A stretch of DNA of 64,000 nucleotides from Gemmatimonadota bacterium (GTDB lineage Bacteria; Gemmatimonadota; Gemmatimonadetes; Gemmatimonadales; GWC2-71-9). Below the pieces are notes generated by a model. It did not search any database. It was given only the letters and a program-made list of their open reading frames with translations, and was not told the origin of the DNA. The translations under genes were made by a program, and so were the position numbers. Every line of letters begins with the position of its first letter. Position 1 is the first letter of the stretch. Of this stretch, positions 26,808-36,982 are shown one piece after another. The stretch covers positions 1 to 64,000 of the forward strand of contig JBDHAB010000007.1 of NCBI GenBank assembly GCA_039588295.1, read 5' to 3'.

Positions 26808-28052
26808 CTACTCGTATCGCAGCGACTCGATCGGATCCACGGCGGCGGCCCGCCGCGCGGGTAGAATGCCGGCGGCCAGGCCGATCATCACCAAGATCGA
26901 CACGCAGATCAACGCGATGGGCCAGGAGAGGGTCGGGTTCGCGATGTACTGCATCGCCTGGTCCTCGTTCGGAATCGCGTTGATGAGCGCCACCACGGCA
27001 GCCGAGAAGCTCAGCCCGATAGCGCCCCCGGTGAGCGCGATAAGCACGGCCTCGAACACAAACTGCGCCATGATGTGGGGCTTGCGAGCGCCGACTGCGA
27101 GCTTGATGCCGATCTCGTGGGTGCGCTCTCTCACCACGACGTACATGATGTTCGCCACCCCGACGCCTGCGACCAGCAAGGTGAACACCCCGACCAGCCC
27201 CAAGAAGATCTGAATCCCCAGGCCAATCGTGTCGACCATCTTCTGGTCTTCGATGAAGTCCCACATCGGTAACGCACGGTCGTCGTCGGGTGCGAACCGG
27301 TACCGTCGCCCGAGCACGCGGAACAGCCCGCGCTTCACTTGCTCGGCCTCACTCACGTCGCGGGGACGGATGAGCAGATGGCTGACGAATCGATGTCCGT
27401 AGATCGTCCGCAGCGTCGATGCGGGGATGATCGCGCGATCCTCGTCGGGCCCGTTGTTGCTGGAGTCCTGAAACTTGGGCTGCATGACGCCGATCACGGT
27501 GAATGGGAGCCCGTCGAGCAGGACGGTTTCCCCGACCGGATCCACATCTCCGAAGAGCTGCTTGGCGATGGCGTTCCCGAGAAACAGCACGCGTCGCCGG
27601 CGGTCCATGTCGTCTTGGTTGAGGAATCTGCCCCCGGCTGCGGGGAACACGCGGCGCATTTCCAGGAACTCGGGAGCCACTCCCTCCATATAAGTCGTGG
27701 TCTTGTTGTCACCCCACTTGAGGCTCGTTCCCCATCGACCGTAGGATGGACTGCTCAACTCGATCTCGGGGATGGATCGCTTCAGGAGGAATAGGTCTGC
27801 CTCGCGCAGTCGAATCCGTCGACCGGTGGGAAGCCCTTCGAACTCCTTGCTCGTCGATCCTCCGTACACCATGAAGAGACGGTCGCCAGCATTCAGCAGC
27901 CCGGAGGAGATCGCGACCTTCAACCCTTCGCCGAACGACAGGAGGAGTACCACCGCGATCGTTCCCCAGGTGATGGCGAACATCGTGAGAAAGGTCCGTG
28001 TCTTCTGGGCCTTGAGATCGCCGATGAACTCCTCGAAGAGGATCTTCCACAT
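26808..28052 (-). CDS. MacB/FtsX-like ABC transporter permease
   Basis: GVANIMYVVVRERTHEIGIKLAVGA, PARRAAAVDPIESLRYE. Confidence 0.92.
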   Translation of the reverse strand: MWKILFEEFIGDLKAQKTRTFLTMFAITWGTIAVVLLLSFGEGLKVAISSGLLNAGDRLFMVYGGSTSKEFEGLPTGRRIRLREADLFLLKRSIPEIELSSPSYGRWGTSLKWGDNKTTTYMEGVAPEFLEMRRVFPAAGGRFLNQDDMDRRRRVLFLGNAIAKQLFGDVDPVGETVLLDGLPFTVIGVMQPKFQDSSNNGPDEDRAIIPASTLRTIYGHRFVSHLLIRPRDVSEAEQVKRGLFRVLGRRYRFAPDDDRALPMWDFIEDQKMVDTIGLGIQIFLGLVGVFTLLVAGVGVANIMYVVVRERTHEIGIKLAVGARKPHIMAQFVFEAVLIALTGGAIGLSFSAAVVALINAIPNEDQAMQYIANPTLSWPIALICVSILVMIGLAAGILPARRAAAVDPIESLRYE

Positions 28053-28054
28053 CG

Positions 28055-29287
28055 TCAGTACCGCAGACACTCAACGGGATCCAGGTTCGCCGCCTTGCGA
28101 GCCGGGAACAGGCCAGCCAGCAGTCCGATCGCGCCCAACAGCGAGAGGGTCACAATGCCGACGACCGGTGAAATCGTCGGTGTTCCCACAAACTCCTGCA
28201 TGGGCACGAAGCTCAGGAGCCACACGATCCCCCAGGATCCGCCGAATCCCAGGATGGCTCCGAGTCCCACGATCAGAAACGTCTCCCCGATGAACTGCAC
28301 CAAGATGTCCCGCCGCGTCGCTCCGACGGAGCGTCTGACGCCGATCTCCCGGGTGCGCTCCCGCACCACGATGTACATGATGTTCGCTACGCCGATTCCA
28401 CCGACGGTGAGTGTGAAGCTCCCGACTATCGCGAAAAAGATGTTGAACGCGAGAAACAAGTAACCGAATCGGACTTCCCACTCTGCGGTGTCCCATATCG
28501 ACAGTGCGTCCTCGTCGTTCGGGTCGAAGGTATGCCGCCGGCCCAACACCTCGTACACACGCTGCTCGACCGATTTGGTGAGGTCGGAGCTCTTGGTTCG
28601 GTACACGAAGTTGTTCGCGAATCGGTCACCGAAGATGGCTCGGTGCGTGGTGGCGGGGATGAAGACCCGGTCCTTGTCCCGACCGTTGTACGAGGAGTTC
28701 TGAGTTTTCGGTCGCATGACCCCGACGACCGTGAATGGTGTTTCGCCGACGAAGACCTGCTGCCCTACGGGAGTCTCGTCCGCAAACAGGAACTGCGCGA
28801 GCTCGTCGCCCAGCACAGCCACACGGCGCCGATCTGTGACATCCCGCTCGTTGATGAACCTCCCCCCGAGTTCCGGAATCACGTTCCGCATCAGCCCATA
28901 GACCGGGAGTATCCCCGTGATGTTAGGGTTGGCCGTTGCGGTCCCTCTGCGCACCGGGGTTTGGCGGTTGGTGTATTCGGGGCTGATCAGGACAATGTCG
29001 GAGATCTCCCGCGTAAGCAGCTCGGCGTCTTCAGGCCGGAGGCGGATGTAGCGCCCCTCGGGGAACCCGCGGTAGCTCACGGTGGTGCGGCCGCCGAAGA
29101 GAATGACGATGCGGTCGCCCAGCCCGTGGAATCGCTTGCGGGTCTGGCGCTCGAGGCCGACGCCGAACGCGAGCAACACCACAACGGCAATCGTGCCCCA
29201 CGCGATCCCCAGCACAGTGAGCGCAGTGCGGAGCCGCTGGTTGCGCAGGTCGGCGATGAATTCCCGGAGGAGACTCCGCAGCTGCAT
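28055..29287 (-). CDS. MacB/FtsX-like ABC transporter permease (paralog)
   Basis: GGIGVANIMYIVVRERTREIG, PARKAANLDPVECLRY. Confidence 0.92.
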   Translation of the reverse strand: MQLRSLLREFIADLRNQRLRTALTVLGIAWGTIAVVVLLAFGVGLERQTRKRFHGLGDRIVILFGGRTTVSYRGFPEGRYIRLRPEDAELLTREISDIVLISPEYTNRQTPVRRGTATANPNITGILPVYGLMRNVIPELGGRFINERDVTDRRRVAVLGDELAQFLFADETPVGQQVFVGETPFTVVGVMRPKTQNSSYNGRDKDRVFIPATTHRAIFGDRFANNFVYRTKSSDLTKSVEQRVYEVLGRRHTFDPNDEDALSIWDTAEWEVRFGYLFLAFNIFFAIVGSFTLTVGGIGVANIMYIVVRERTREIGVRRSVGATRRDILVQFIGETFLIVGLGAILGFGGSWGIVWLLSFVPMQEFVGTPTISPVVGIVTLSLLGAIGLLAGLFPARKAANLDPVECLRY

Positions 29288-29292
29288 CGGCC

Positions 29293-30390
29293 TCAGCTGA
29301 TCTCGCGCGGCGGCGGCTCTACGATCAACTCGCCCTCACGGAGACCTGCGATGATCTCGATGTTGATCGCGTCACTCAAGCCACGCTCGATGACCCGCTC
29401 CTCCGTGCTCCCGTCGGGGAGCAGCACGGTGACCCGCGCGGTGTCATCGGTGACGGTAATCAGCCGCTCGGGAATCGCGAGTACACTGTCGCGCCGTTCG
29501 ATGATCACGTCGGCGTTTGCCGAATACCCTGCCCGGAGGACACTCCCGTGGGTCGCGGTGAGCGTGATCTCCACCGGAAAGACGGTAGAGTTGTCCTCCG
29601 TGCGCGCTTTGAGTGAGATCCGCGTCAGCCGCCCCTCGACCGCTGCGTCGGGGAGCGCCCCAACCTTGATCTCCACCAGCATGCCTTCCTGCAGGCGACC
29701 GACGTCGATCTCGTCCACTGTGCCTCGGAACACCAGCCTGTTCATCTCGGCCATGGTGATGAGCACGGTGCCTTCCTGATACGTACTCAGCGGAACGACG
29801 GGATCGCCGACTTGGACCATCTGCTCGAGAATGAATCCCTTGATCGGCGATCGGATCACCGTCTCCAGCTCATCATCGGCGACGGTGAGTTTCCCCTCTT
29901 CCAGAAGCGACAGGCGCTCACGTGCCATCTGGAGCTGGATCTGCTGCTCCGCGTGTTGCTGCTCGGTGTCCTGGTAGTCACGGTCGGAGACGAGACCTTG
30001 TTCCTTGAGCGCCCGCTGTCGCTCGAGATCACGTCCGAGATTGTCGAGTTCGATCTGGCGCAACTCGAGCTGCCGCCTCGCATCCGCGAGCTCGAGCGGG
30101 GTGGGATTTGGCTTGATCTCGAGGAGGGGTGCACCGGCATTCACGAAGTCGCCTTCCTCGGCGAGCAGACGGCCGACGACACCCGAAATCTGGGATTTGA
30201 CACTGATCTCGATTTCCGGCTGGATGCGGCCAACGGCGAGTGCCTTGTCCACAATCGTCTGGCGCTCGACGGCAATGGTGGTGGTGTCTTCTCCCCGCCC
30301 GCTCCCGCGCGATGCGCTGACGGCGAGTGCGAGCCCGGCTATGACGACGACACCGAGGCTGACAACGACGATCTTCGTGCGACGCTTCAT
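29293..30390 (-). CDS. Efflux periplasmic adaptor (MacA/HlyD-type MFP)
   Basis: N-terminal anchor, lipoyl halves (SQISGVV...EGDFV; IRSPIKG), coiled-coil hairpin. Confidence 0.9.
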   Translation of the reverse strand: MKRRTKIVVVSLGVVVIAGLALAVSASRGSGRGEDTTTIAVERQTIVDKALAVGRIQPEIEISVKSQISGVVGRLLAEEGDFVNAGAPLLEIKPNPTPLELADARRQLELRQIELDNLGRDLERQRALKEQGLVSDRDYQDTEQQHAEQQIQLQMARERLSLLEEGKLTVADDELETVIRSPIKGFILEQMVQVGDPVVPLSTYQEGTVLITMAEMNRLVFRGTVDEIDVGRLQEGMLVEIKVGALPDAAVEGRLTRISLKARTEDNSTVFPVEITLTATHGSVLRAGYSANADVIIERRDSVLAIPERLITVTDDTARVTVLLPDGSTEERVIERGLSDAINIEIIAGLREGELIVEPPPREIS

Positions 30391-30526
30391 GATTGGAGTC
30401 CTTCACGGTGCGGGATCGACTGGGCGCGTCGAACGGTTGACGCGGCCGGCAAGATCACTACGGGGTCCTGGGGAACCCGGTTTCGGCGGGAGTGGACGCC
30501 GCGGCGTCGGACACTAGGTTCCGATC

Positions 30527-31030
30527 ATGCCGCGACCGGACGACCTTCTCATCGAAGCCGCGAGCCCGGACGACCTGGAGCCGGTCAAGCGCCTCGTGCG
30601 ACGGTCGGACTTGCCCCTCGAAGGGCTTGACGAGCTGGTCGCGACGTTGATCGTGGCCCGACAGCACGGGGCCGTGGTTGGCTGCGCGGCGCTTGAGCTC
30701 TTCGGACTGGCGGCATTGCTGCGCTCGGTGGCGGTCGACGAGGCCGCTCGCGGACACGGCGTCGGAATCGCGGTGACCGAGGCCGCACTCGCATCGGCGG
30801 GGAGCCATGGCTGTCAGCGGATCTACCTCTTGACCGAATCCGCCGAGCACTTCTTTTCGCGATTCGGCTTTCGTCGGATCTCCCGGTGGGATGTCGAGGC
30901 TGCCGTGCAGCAGTCGCTGGAGTTCACGACGCTCTGTCCTGAGAGCGCCGTGGTGATGTGCTGCGAAATAAACGAGGCCCCAGCGAACTCGCCGGGGCCC
31001 TCGAATCGGCCGCCCTCAACCGCTCGCTAG
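30527..31030 (+). CDS. GNAT N-acetyltransferase, ArsN2-like
   Basis: ALLRSVAV...RGHGVG, YLLTESAEHFF..FGF, EFTTLCPESAVVM. Confidence 0.85.
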   Translation: MPRPDDLLIEAASPDDLEPVKRLVRRSDLPLEGLDELVATLIVARQHGAVVGCAALELFGLAALLRSVAVDEAARGHGVGIAVTEAALASAGSHGCQRIYLLTESAEHFFSRFGFRRISRWDVEAAVQQSLEFTTLCPESAVVMCCEINEAPANSPGPSNRPPSTAR

Positions 31031-31299
31031 GCGCCTCGCCCCTGTGCCACCTGCCGCTCAACTCCGCCCTCGAAGTACTTGTGGTTCTTCTCGATGTACT
31101 CCTGCCACTCCTCGGGCACGTCCTCCTCGGGGAAGATGGCGCTCACCGGACACTCGGGCTCGCACGCACCGCAGTCGATGCATTCGTCCGGGTGGATGTA
31201 GAGCTGGTCTTCACCTTCGTATATGCAGTCTACCGGACAGACATCGACACACCCGCGATCCAACGTCCCGATGCACGGTTGGGCAATGATGTAGGTCAT
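31027..31299 (-). CDS. Dicluster (7Fe/8Fe-type) ferredoxin
   Basis: C...CVDVCPVDCI and CIDCGACEPECP. Confidence 0.93.
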   Translation of the reverse strand: MTYIIAQPCIGTLDRGCVDVCPVDCIYEGEDQLYIHPDECIDCGACEPECPVSAIFPEEDVPEEWQEYIEKNHKYFEGGVERQVAQGRGA

Positions 31300-31416
31300 A
31301 GCTTGTCGTCTCCACGAACGGTTACGTGCCGGTGACGGCTGGAATGTCTAACGCGGTTGACGGACATGTCAAGCGGCTTGCCGCCGTCCTTCAGCGGCAG
31401 TAATCATCCACCCGAC

Positions 31417-32340
31417 ATGAAGATCGCATCGCTCCTGGCCAGCGCCACCGAAATCGTCTACGCCCTGGGACTGGGTGACCAGCTCGTCGCCATCTCCCAT
31501 GAATGTGACTTTCCACCCGAGGCGATGGGGAAACCCCGAGTCAGCAGCCCGCGGTTCGATCCGGCCGAGATGTCGAGCGGCGAGATCGATCGGGCCGTGC
31601 GCGACGCGATGGCGCGGTTCGGCAGCGTGTACGCGCTCGACGCGGACGCGCTCCGGCAGCTGCGTCCTGACTTGATTGTCGCCCAAGCCGTCTGTGAGGT
31701 GTGCGCGGTGCCGACGTCGCTGGCCGAGCGCGCCGCGTCGCTCCTTGGCCCCGGGACCTCCGTAGTGTCCTTGGACTCGCATACGATTGAGGACATTCTG
31801 GAAGGCGTACGCGCGGTCGGGACCGCCGCCGGAGTCATCGAGCGCGCCAAGTCCCTGGTGGACGCCCTTCGCGCGCGTCTCGCGGCGGTGACGAATCGCG
31901 TACACGATGCTCCCAGGCCGACGGTCCTGGCGCTGGAATGGCTGGACCCGCCGTTCACTCCGGGACACTGGACACCCGAAATGGTGGCTATGGCGGGTGG
32001 TGAAGGACGGCTCATGGAAGTTGGTGTGCCCTCGAAGCAGCGGTCCTGGTCCGAGGTTTCGAACCTCGACCCGGACGTGTTGCTGCTCATGCCATGCGGA
32101 TACGGGCTGGCGGCGGCCCGGGCCGACGCGGATGTCCACGTGGATCAGCTCCGGCAGATTGCCCCACGAGCGATCGGTGCGGGTCGGGCGTTCGTCGTGG
32201 ATGGGTCGGCGTACTTCAATCGGTCGGGCCCACGCATGGTTGACGGGGTAGAGATTCTCGGTCGCCTACTTCATCCCGACCGGTTTCCCGAGGTAGAATT
32301 GGCAGGTCGTGCGCAGGTCTGGGACCCTGCTCCACGCTGA
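31417..32340 (+). CDS. BtuF-like cobalamin/iron-siderophore binding-fold protein
   Basis: IASLLASATEIVYALG, SHECDFP, CEVCAV, EWLDP, YFNRSGPR. No obvious signal peptide. Confidence 0.82.
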   Translation: MKIASLLASATEIVYALGLGDQLVAISHECDFPPEAMGKPRVSSPRFDPAEMSSGEIDRAVRDAMARFGSVYALDADALRQLRPDLIVAQAVCEVCAVPTSLAERAASLLGPGTSVVSLDSHTIEDILEGVRAVGTAAGVIERAKSLVDALRARLAAVTNRVHDAPRPTVLALEWLDPPFTPGHWTPEMVAMAGGEGRLMEVGVPSKQRSWSEVSNLDPDVLLLMPCGYGLAAARADADVHVDQLRQIAPRAIGAGRAFVVDGSAYFNRSGPRMVDGVEILGRLLHPDRFPEVELAGRAQVWDPAPR

Positions 32341-32429
32341 GCCGACACGCGCCGGCCGTGCAGGGCACGGGTGACGGGAGTACTGTCCCGATCGGTCGGC
32401 GTCATTCCCGAGTCGCGAGGTGATACCCC

Positions 32430-32852
32430 ATGCGGTATAGTCCGCTTCTTGTTCAGCCGATGAGGGAAGAACTCACACGGCTGGGGTTCGAGGAACTCAA
32501 GACACCTGATGAGGTGGACGCCGCCCTGGACGGTGCCGAGGGTACCGTCCTTCTGGTGGTCAACTCGGTATGCGGTTGCGCGGCCGGGAAGGCCCGCCCT
32601 GGCGTTGCCCGTGCGCTGGGCCACCGAACGGTGCCGAACCGTCTGGTGACGGTCTTCGCCGGCATGGAACTCGATGCCACCGAGCGCGCGCGCAGCTACT
32701 TCGAAGCGTACGGACCCTCATCGCCCCAGATCGTGCTGTTCAAGTCCGGCCAGCCGGTCCACATGCTGGAGCGAGGCGACATCGAGGGGCGGGAGGCGGT
32801 GGAGATTGCCGCCGATCTCACGGCGGCGTTTGACCGTCACTGCGGGCGCTGA
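32430..32852 (+). CDS. BrxA/BrxB family bacilliredoxin
   Basis: PMREELT..GF, VNSVCGCAAG.ARP, PSSP, IEG. Confidence 0.92.
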   Translation: MRYSPLLVQPMREELTRLGFEELKTPDEVDAALDGAEGTVLLVVNSVCGCAAGKARPGVARALGHRTVPNRLVTVFAGMELDATERARSYFEAYGPSSPQIVLFKSGQPVHMLERGDIEGREAVEIAADLTAAFDRHCGR

Positions 32853-32882
32853 TCCTCGCATGACGGCGCGGAGTCGCACGTC

Positions 32883-33602
32883 GTGATCCTGCTCGACCCC
32901 TACGCTCGTCCCGTGGTCGGTCACCGCGGTGCCTCGGGAGAGTGTCCCGAAAACACGCTCTTGGCGTTTGACCGCGCGCTCGAGGAGGGTGCGGACGCCT
33001 TGGAGCTGGACGTGCGGGCGTCGGCGGACGGTACGGCGGTCGTGATTCACGATCCAACCGTGGACCGGACGACGAGTGGGGCCGGCCCGGTCAGCGCGCA
33101 CACGCTCGCCGACCTGCGGGCGCTCGATGCGGGGCGGGGTCAGCGGATCCCCACGTTGGACGAGGTGCTCGAACGGTATCCCGATACCCCGCTGATTCTG
33201 GAGATCAAGGAATCGGAGGTGGCCGAAGCCGCCGCGCGGAGCCTCACCCGCCACGGTGCCATTGATCGTGTGCTGGTCGGCTCGTTCCTTCACGCGGCGC
33301 TCCGGCCCTTCCGCGCATCCATCTTTCATCGCTCGGCTTCGCGCCGTGAGACGGCGTCGTGCTGGGCGGCGTCGCGGCTCGGGATCTCGCTGCGGCTTCG
33401 GGCGATCGAGGCGTTCGCCGTTCCCGAACGCCACGGATCGCTCACGGTGGTCGATGATGCCTTCGTGCGATCGGCCCGCCGCCGCGGCCGGCCGGTGCAC
33501 GTCTGGACGGTCAACGAGCCCGGTGAGGCGAAGAGGCTGCGCTCGCTGGGCGTGGCCGGTATCATTACCAACTACCCCGCGCGCATGCGTGGGCTCACCT
33601 GA
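32883..33602 (+). CDS. Glycerophosphodiester phosphodiesterase
   Basis: GHRGA, PENT, ELDV, HD, EIK, WTVN, IITNYP. Confidence 0.92.
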   Translation: MILLDPYARPVVGHRGASGECPENTLLAFDRALEEGADALELDVRASADGTAVVIHDPTVDRTTSGAGPVSAHTLADLRALDAGRGQRIPTLDEVLERYPDTPLILEIKESEVAEAAARSLTRHGAIDRVLVGSFLHAALRPFRASIFHRSASRRETASCWAASRLGISLRLRAIEAFAVPERHGSLTVVDDAFVRSARRRGRPVHVWTVNEPGEAKRLRSLGVAGIITNYPARMRGLT

Positions 33603-33617
33603 ACTGATCGAGGGACC

Positions 33618-34913
33618 ATGGGCCGAGTACGCCTCCCACATCACGGAATTCGGGCAAGCGTCGTTGCGGTCATGCTCTGTGCGGCACCCGCAGCAGCGTT
33701 AGCCCAGCAGGGGCCGCGGTGCGCGCCGGACAACGCGGGACTCACCCTTCCACAGGGCTTTTGCGCATTGGTGGTCGCCGACGGGCTGGTTCGGGCCCGC
33801 CACCTTACGGTCGCCCCGAACGGCGACGTGTTTGTTGCTATCGGAGCGAGCCGGCAAGCATCCGGCGGGGTCGTCGCGCTTCGTGATACGACGGGTGACG
33901 GCGTGGCCGACGTGCAGGTGCGGTTCGGGTCGGGTGCGGGAGACGACGTCGAGTTTCGCGGTCGCTATCTCTACTACGCGACCAACAACAGCATACAGCG
34001 CTACCCCTGGCGTCAGGGCAAGCTCGAGCCCGATGGTCCCGCCGAGACCGTCGTGCGCGACCTCCCGGCAGTACGGAGCCACAGGGCCAAGAGCATGGCT
34101 TTCGCCACGGCCGGTGCGCTGTATGTAAACGTCGGTTCGCCGTCGAACGCGTGTCAGGTTGATGATCGCACCGCAGGAGCTCGGGGCAAAGATCCGTGCG
34201 ACGAGCTCGGGACGCGCGCGGGTATCTGGTTGTTCGACGCCGATCGGCTGGATCAGCGGCAGGCCGATGGCCGCCGGTACTCAACCGGCTTGCGCAACAC
34301 GGTGGCGCTCGCCACGCGCCCGCAGGACGGAATGCTCTACGGTGTGGTCCATGGCCGCGATCAACTCTCCGGACTTTGGCCCGATCGCTTCACAGACGCT
34401 CAGAGTGCCGAGAAGCCCGCCGAGGAGTTCGTGCGGATTCGTGAGGGCGACGATTTCGGGTGGCCGTATTGCTACTATGATCCCGAAACTCGGGAGAAGG
34501 TCCTGGCACCGGAATACGGTGGTGACGGCAAGATCGTGGGGCGATGTGAGGGAAAGTCGGACCCGTTGATTGGGTTCCCGGCCCACTGGGCGCCAAACGG
34601 GCTCCACTTCTACTCGGGCCCGCAGTTTCCGGAGCGCTTCCTGGGCGGGGCCTTTATTGCGTTCCATGGTTCGTGGAACCGCGCGCCGCTCCCACAGGGT
34701 GGTTACAAAGTTGTGTTTGTGCCATTCGCCGATGACGAGCCGAGTGGCGAGTGGGAGGTTTTTGCCGACGGGTTCGCCGGGGCCGACGTGAGCCCACGCG
34801 GTGCGGCACACCGCCCCGTGGGAATCGCCGAAGGACCGGACGGCTCGCTGTACGTGAGTGATGACGGCGGCGGGCGGATCTATCGCATTCTCGCTGTACC
34901 TCAAAGCCGCTGA
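33618..34913 (+). CDS. PQQ-dependent sugar/sorbosone dehydrogenase family beta-propeller
   Basis: Signal peptide, GLRN, FGWPYCY, AHWAPNG, HGSWNR, LYVSDD. Confidence 0.88.
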   Translation: MGRVRLPHHGIRASVVAVMLCAAPAAALAQQGPRCAPDNAGLTLPQGFCALVVADGLVRARHLTVAPNGDVFVAIGASRQASGGVVALRDTTGDGVADVQVRFGSGAGDDVEFRGRYLYYATNNSIQRYPWRQGKLEPDGPAETVVRDLPAVRSHRAKSMAFATAGALYVNVGSPSNACQVDDRTAGARGKDPCDELGTRAGIWLFDADRLDQRQADGRRYSTGLRNTVALATRPQDGMLYGVVHGRDQLSGLWPDRFTDAQSAEKPAEEFVRIREGDDFGWPYCYYDPETREKVLAPEYGGDGKIVGRCEGKSDPLIGFPAHWAPNGLHFYSGPQFPERFLGGAFIAFHGSWNRAPLPQGGYKVVFVPFADDEPSGEWEVFADGFAGADVSPRGAAHRPVGIAEGPDGSLYVSDDGGGRIYRILAVPQSR

Positions 34914-34922
34914 GGAGGGGAT

Positions 34923-35738
34923 ACGGAACTCCAGGACCTCGTCTTACTGGGAGTGATGGTGGTCGCCGTGGCGGCCCTCGTCGCTGTGCGCCGAGCGTTG
35001 CGCGCTCTGCCGATAGATCGTCTGGAACAACTGGCGCAAAAGGCCGAGCAGGTCATCGAGTCCAGCGGCCCGACCTCGGAGCTGGTGACCGCGTGGGCGC
35101 AGTTCGTACGCGATCACGTTACCGACGCCGTGAACGGTCTGAACAACCGTCTGAACGCGATTCACCATTGGTCGAGAGGGCTGCAGAGCGGCAAGTTGAA
35201 CGAGGAGCAGCAGAACGCGGTGGAGCGGATCGGGACGGAAGTCGAGCGGGCGACGAACATCACCAGTTCCCTGGTTCACCGAGTAACCGCGGATGCGCCG
35301 AATATCCCGCCTCCAGCCTGGCACGTTCTGCATGGCGAGGTGCCGAAACCGTCGAGCGTGCTCGTCGTGGACTCCGACGACAGCAACCGCGCGGTCGTCA
35401 CGATGCTGCTGCGGGGGCTGGGGCACGACGTGACACCGGTCGCGAATGGGCGGGAAGCGTGGGACTTTCTCGCGAGGCGGTCGGTCGACTGTATCCTGTG
35501 TGACGTACGGATGCCGGCCCTCGGCGGGCGAACGCTGTATGAGCAGGTCGAAGAGCAGATGCCACAACTTGCCAGGCGCTTCGTGTTCGTGACCGGTGAT
35601 TTCGCGCGACCGGAATCGTACGAGTTCTTGTTGCAGTCTGGACAACCGGTGGTGGGAAAGCCCTACGAGCTGGACACGCTGCTGTCTGCCATCGCTGCGG
35701 TCCTCTCCACCATGGGATCCGTTAGGCGCGACTCTTAG
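34923..35738 (+). CDS. Membrane-anchored response regulator with degenerate HisKA-like helices
   Basis: C-terminal REC (VVDSD, CDVRMP, TG, KP) and N-terminal TM. An in-frame ACG at 34923 follows AGGAGG; the alternative start is GTG 34953. Confidence 0.75.
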   Translation, partial: TELQDLVLLGVMVVAVAALVAVRRALRALPIDRLEQLAQKAEQVIESSGPTSELVTAWAQFVRDHVTDAVNGLNNRLNAIHHWSRGLQSGKLNEEQQNAVERIGTEVERATNITSSLVHRVTADAPNIPPPAWHVLHGEVPKPSSVLVVDSDDSNRAVVTMLLRGLGHDVTPVANGREAWDFLARRSVDCILCDVRMPALGGRTLYEQVEEQMPQLARRFVFVTGDFARPESYEFLLQSGQPVVGKPYELDTLLSAIAAVLSTMGSVRRDS

Positions 35739-35784
35739 CTACACAGTGGTTGAATGCGGCTGAGGGAGCTGCCGGACGTTCTGA

Positions 35785-36903
35785 TCAATCCATGAACACC
35801 CGGGTGACTGCGCGCCGCAATTCCCCCAGCGCGGCCCGTAACTCCGATTGTTCGTTGCCGTAGCCCAAGCGCAAGTGATGCGGCAGCCCGAAATGGTCCC
35901 CGGGGACGACGAGGATATCGTGCTCGGCACGGATCCGTTCCACGACCTCGAGTGCACCGAGAGGACTACGGTACCGGACGAGGCAAATGGCGCCGCACTC
36001 CGGTGTGTGCCAGTCGAATAGATCGCCAAAACCGGCGAGCCATTCTTCGAGCAACGGGAGGTTCTCATTGAGGATCGACCGAGTGCGATCGAGGATGCGT
36101 GTCCGTGCGCGAACGGCGAGCGTCGCCAGGTGGTCGGTTCCTGGACTGGGCCCGATCACCGTGTAGTCATGGCGCTGGAGCACCCGCTGCTTGAACTCGG
36201 GGGACGACACGATCCAGCCGATCCGCAGGCCTGGCAGACCGTAGGCCTTCGACAGGCCGTTCACGATGATCACTCGGTCGCCGGCTCCCCAGTGGGATCG
36301 GCTCTCTCGGCCGTCGAGTTCCGCGCCCTGATACACCTCGTCCGCCAACAGCCAGGCGCCAACGTCGCGTGTCCTGGTGACGATCGCCTCGCGCGCCGTA
36401 TCCGAGAGCACATGTCCGGTCGGATTGTTGGGATTTGTGACCACGACCAGCTTCGTCCCGGGACTGATGGCGCGCTCGACCTGATTGGGATCGGGCTCCC
36501 ACCCGAGCTGGGGTCGCAGCGGAATCTCCGAGACGGTCGCGCCGAAGTTCCGGACGAGACCATGCGTCTGCATGTACGTCGGTGTGACCACGGCAACATG
36601 GTCGCCCGGCTGCACCAGCGTCCAACATGTGATGAAGTTCGCCTCGGAGCTGCCAATGGTGACGGTCACGTCGTCAGGGCTGGCTCCCGCATAGAGGTCG
36701 GCGATGGCGCTCCGTAACTCGGTCGAGCCGTCGGAGTAGTTGTAGCCCATGGGCACCGCCATGAGCTCCGTGGTGCTGCCACCCGACAGGTTCACGAGCT
36801 CGGCGATGGACAACGGGTGCACGCCGCTTTCCGAGAGATTGAAGCGGACGCGCTTCTCCCAGGTGCTTTGCCACCGTTCGAGATCGAATGGGATGAACGT
36901 CAT
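35785..36903 (-). CDS. PLP-dependent aminotransferase class I/II
   Basis: NPNNPTG, DEVY, SKAYGLPGLRIGW. Confidence 0.92.
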   Translation of the reverse strand: MTFIPFDLERWQSTWEKRVRFNLSESGVHPLSIAELVNLSGGSTTELMAVPMGYNYSDGSTELRSAIADLYAGASPDDVTVTIGSSEANFITCWTLVQPGDHVAVVTPTYMQTHGLVRNFGATVSEIPLRPQLGWEPDPNQVERAISPGTKLVVVTNPNNPTGHVLSDTAREAIVTRTRDVGAWLLADEVYQGAELDGRESRSHWGAGDRVIIVNGLSKAYGLPGLRIGWIVSSPEFKQRVLQRHDYTVIGPSPGTDHLATLAVRARTRILDRTRSILNENLPLLEEWLAGFGDLFDWHTPECGAICLVRYRSPLGALEVVERIRAEHDILVVPGDHFGLPHHLRLGYGNEQSELRAALGELRRAVTRVFMD

Positions 36904-36920
36904 CACAGAGAAGATATACG

Positions 36921-36957
36921 ACTGCCTCCCCCGGGGAATCCGACCGGGGGAGGCAGT
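36921..36957. terminator. Strong intergenic hairpin
   Basis: Perfect 14-bp inverted repeat actgcctcccccgg / ccgggggaggcagt, 9-nt loop. No clear U-tract. Confidence 0.6.
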
Positions 36958-36982
36958 GCCGGCAGCATCGTGGCGTTGGCTG

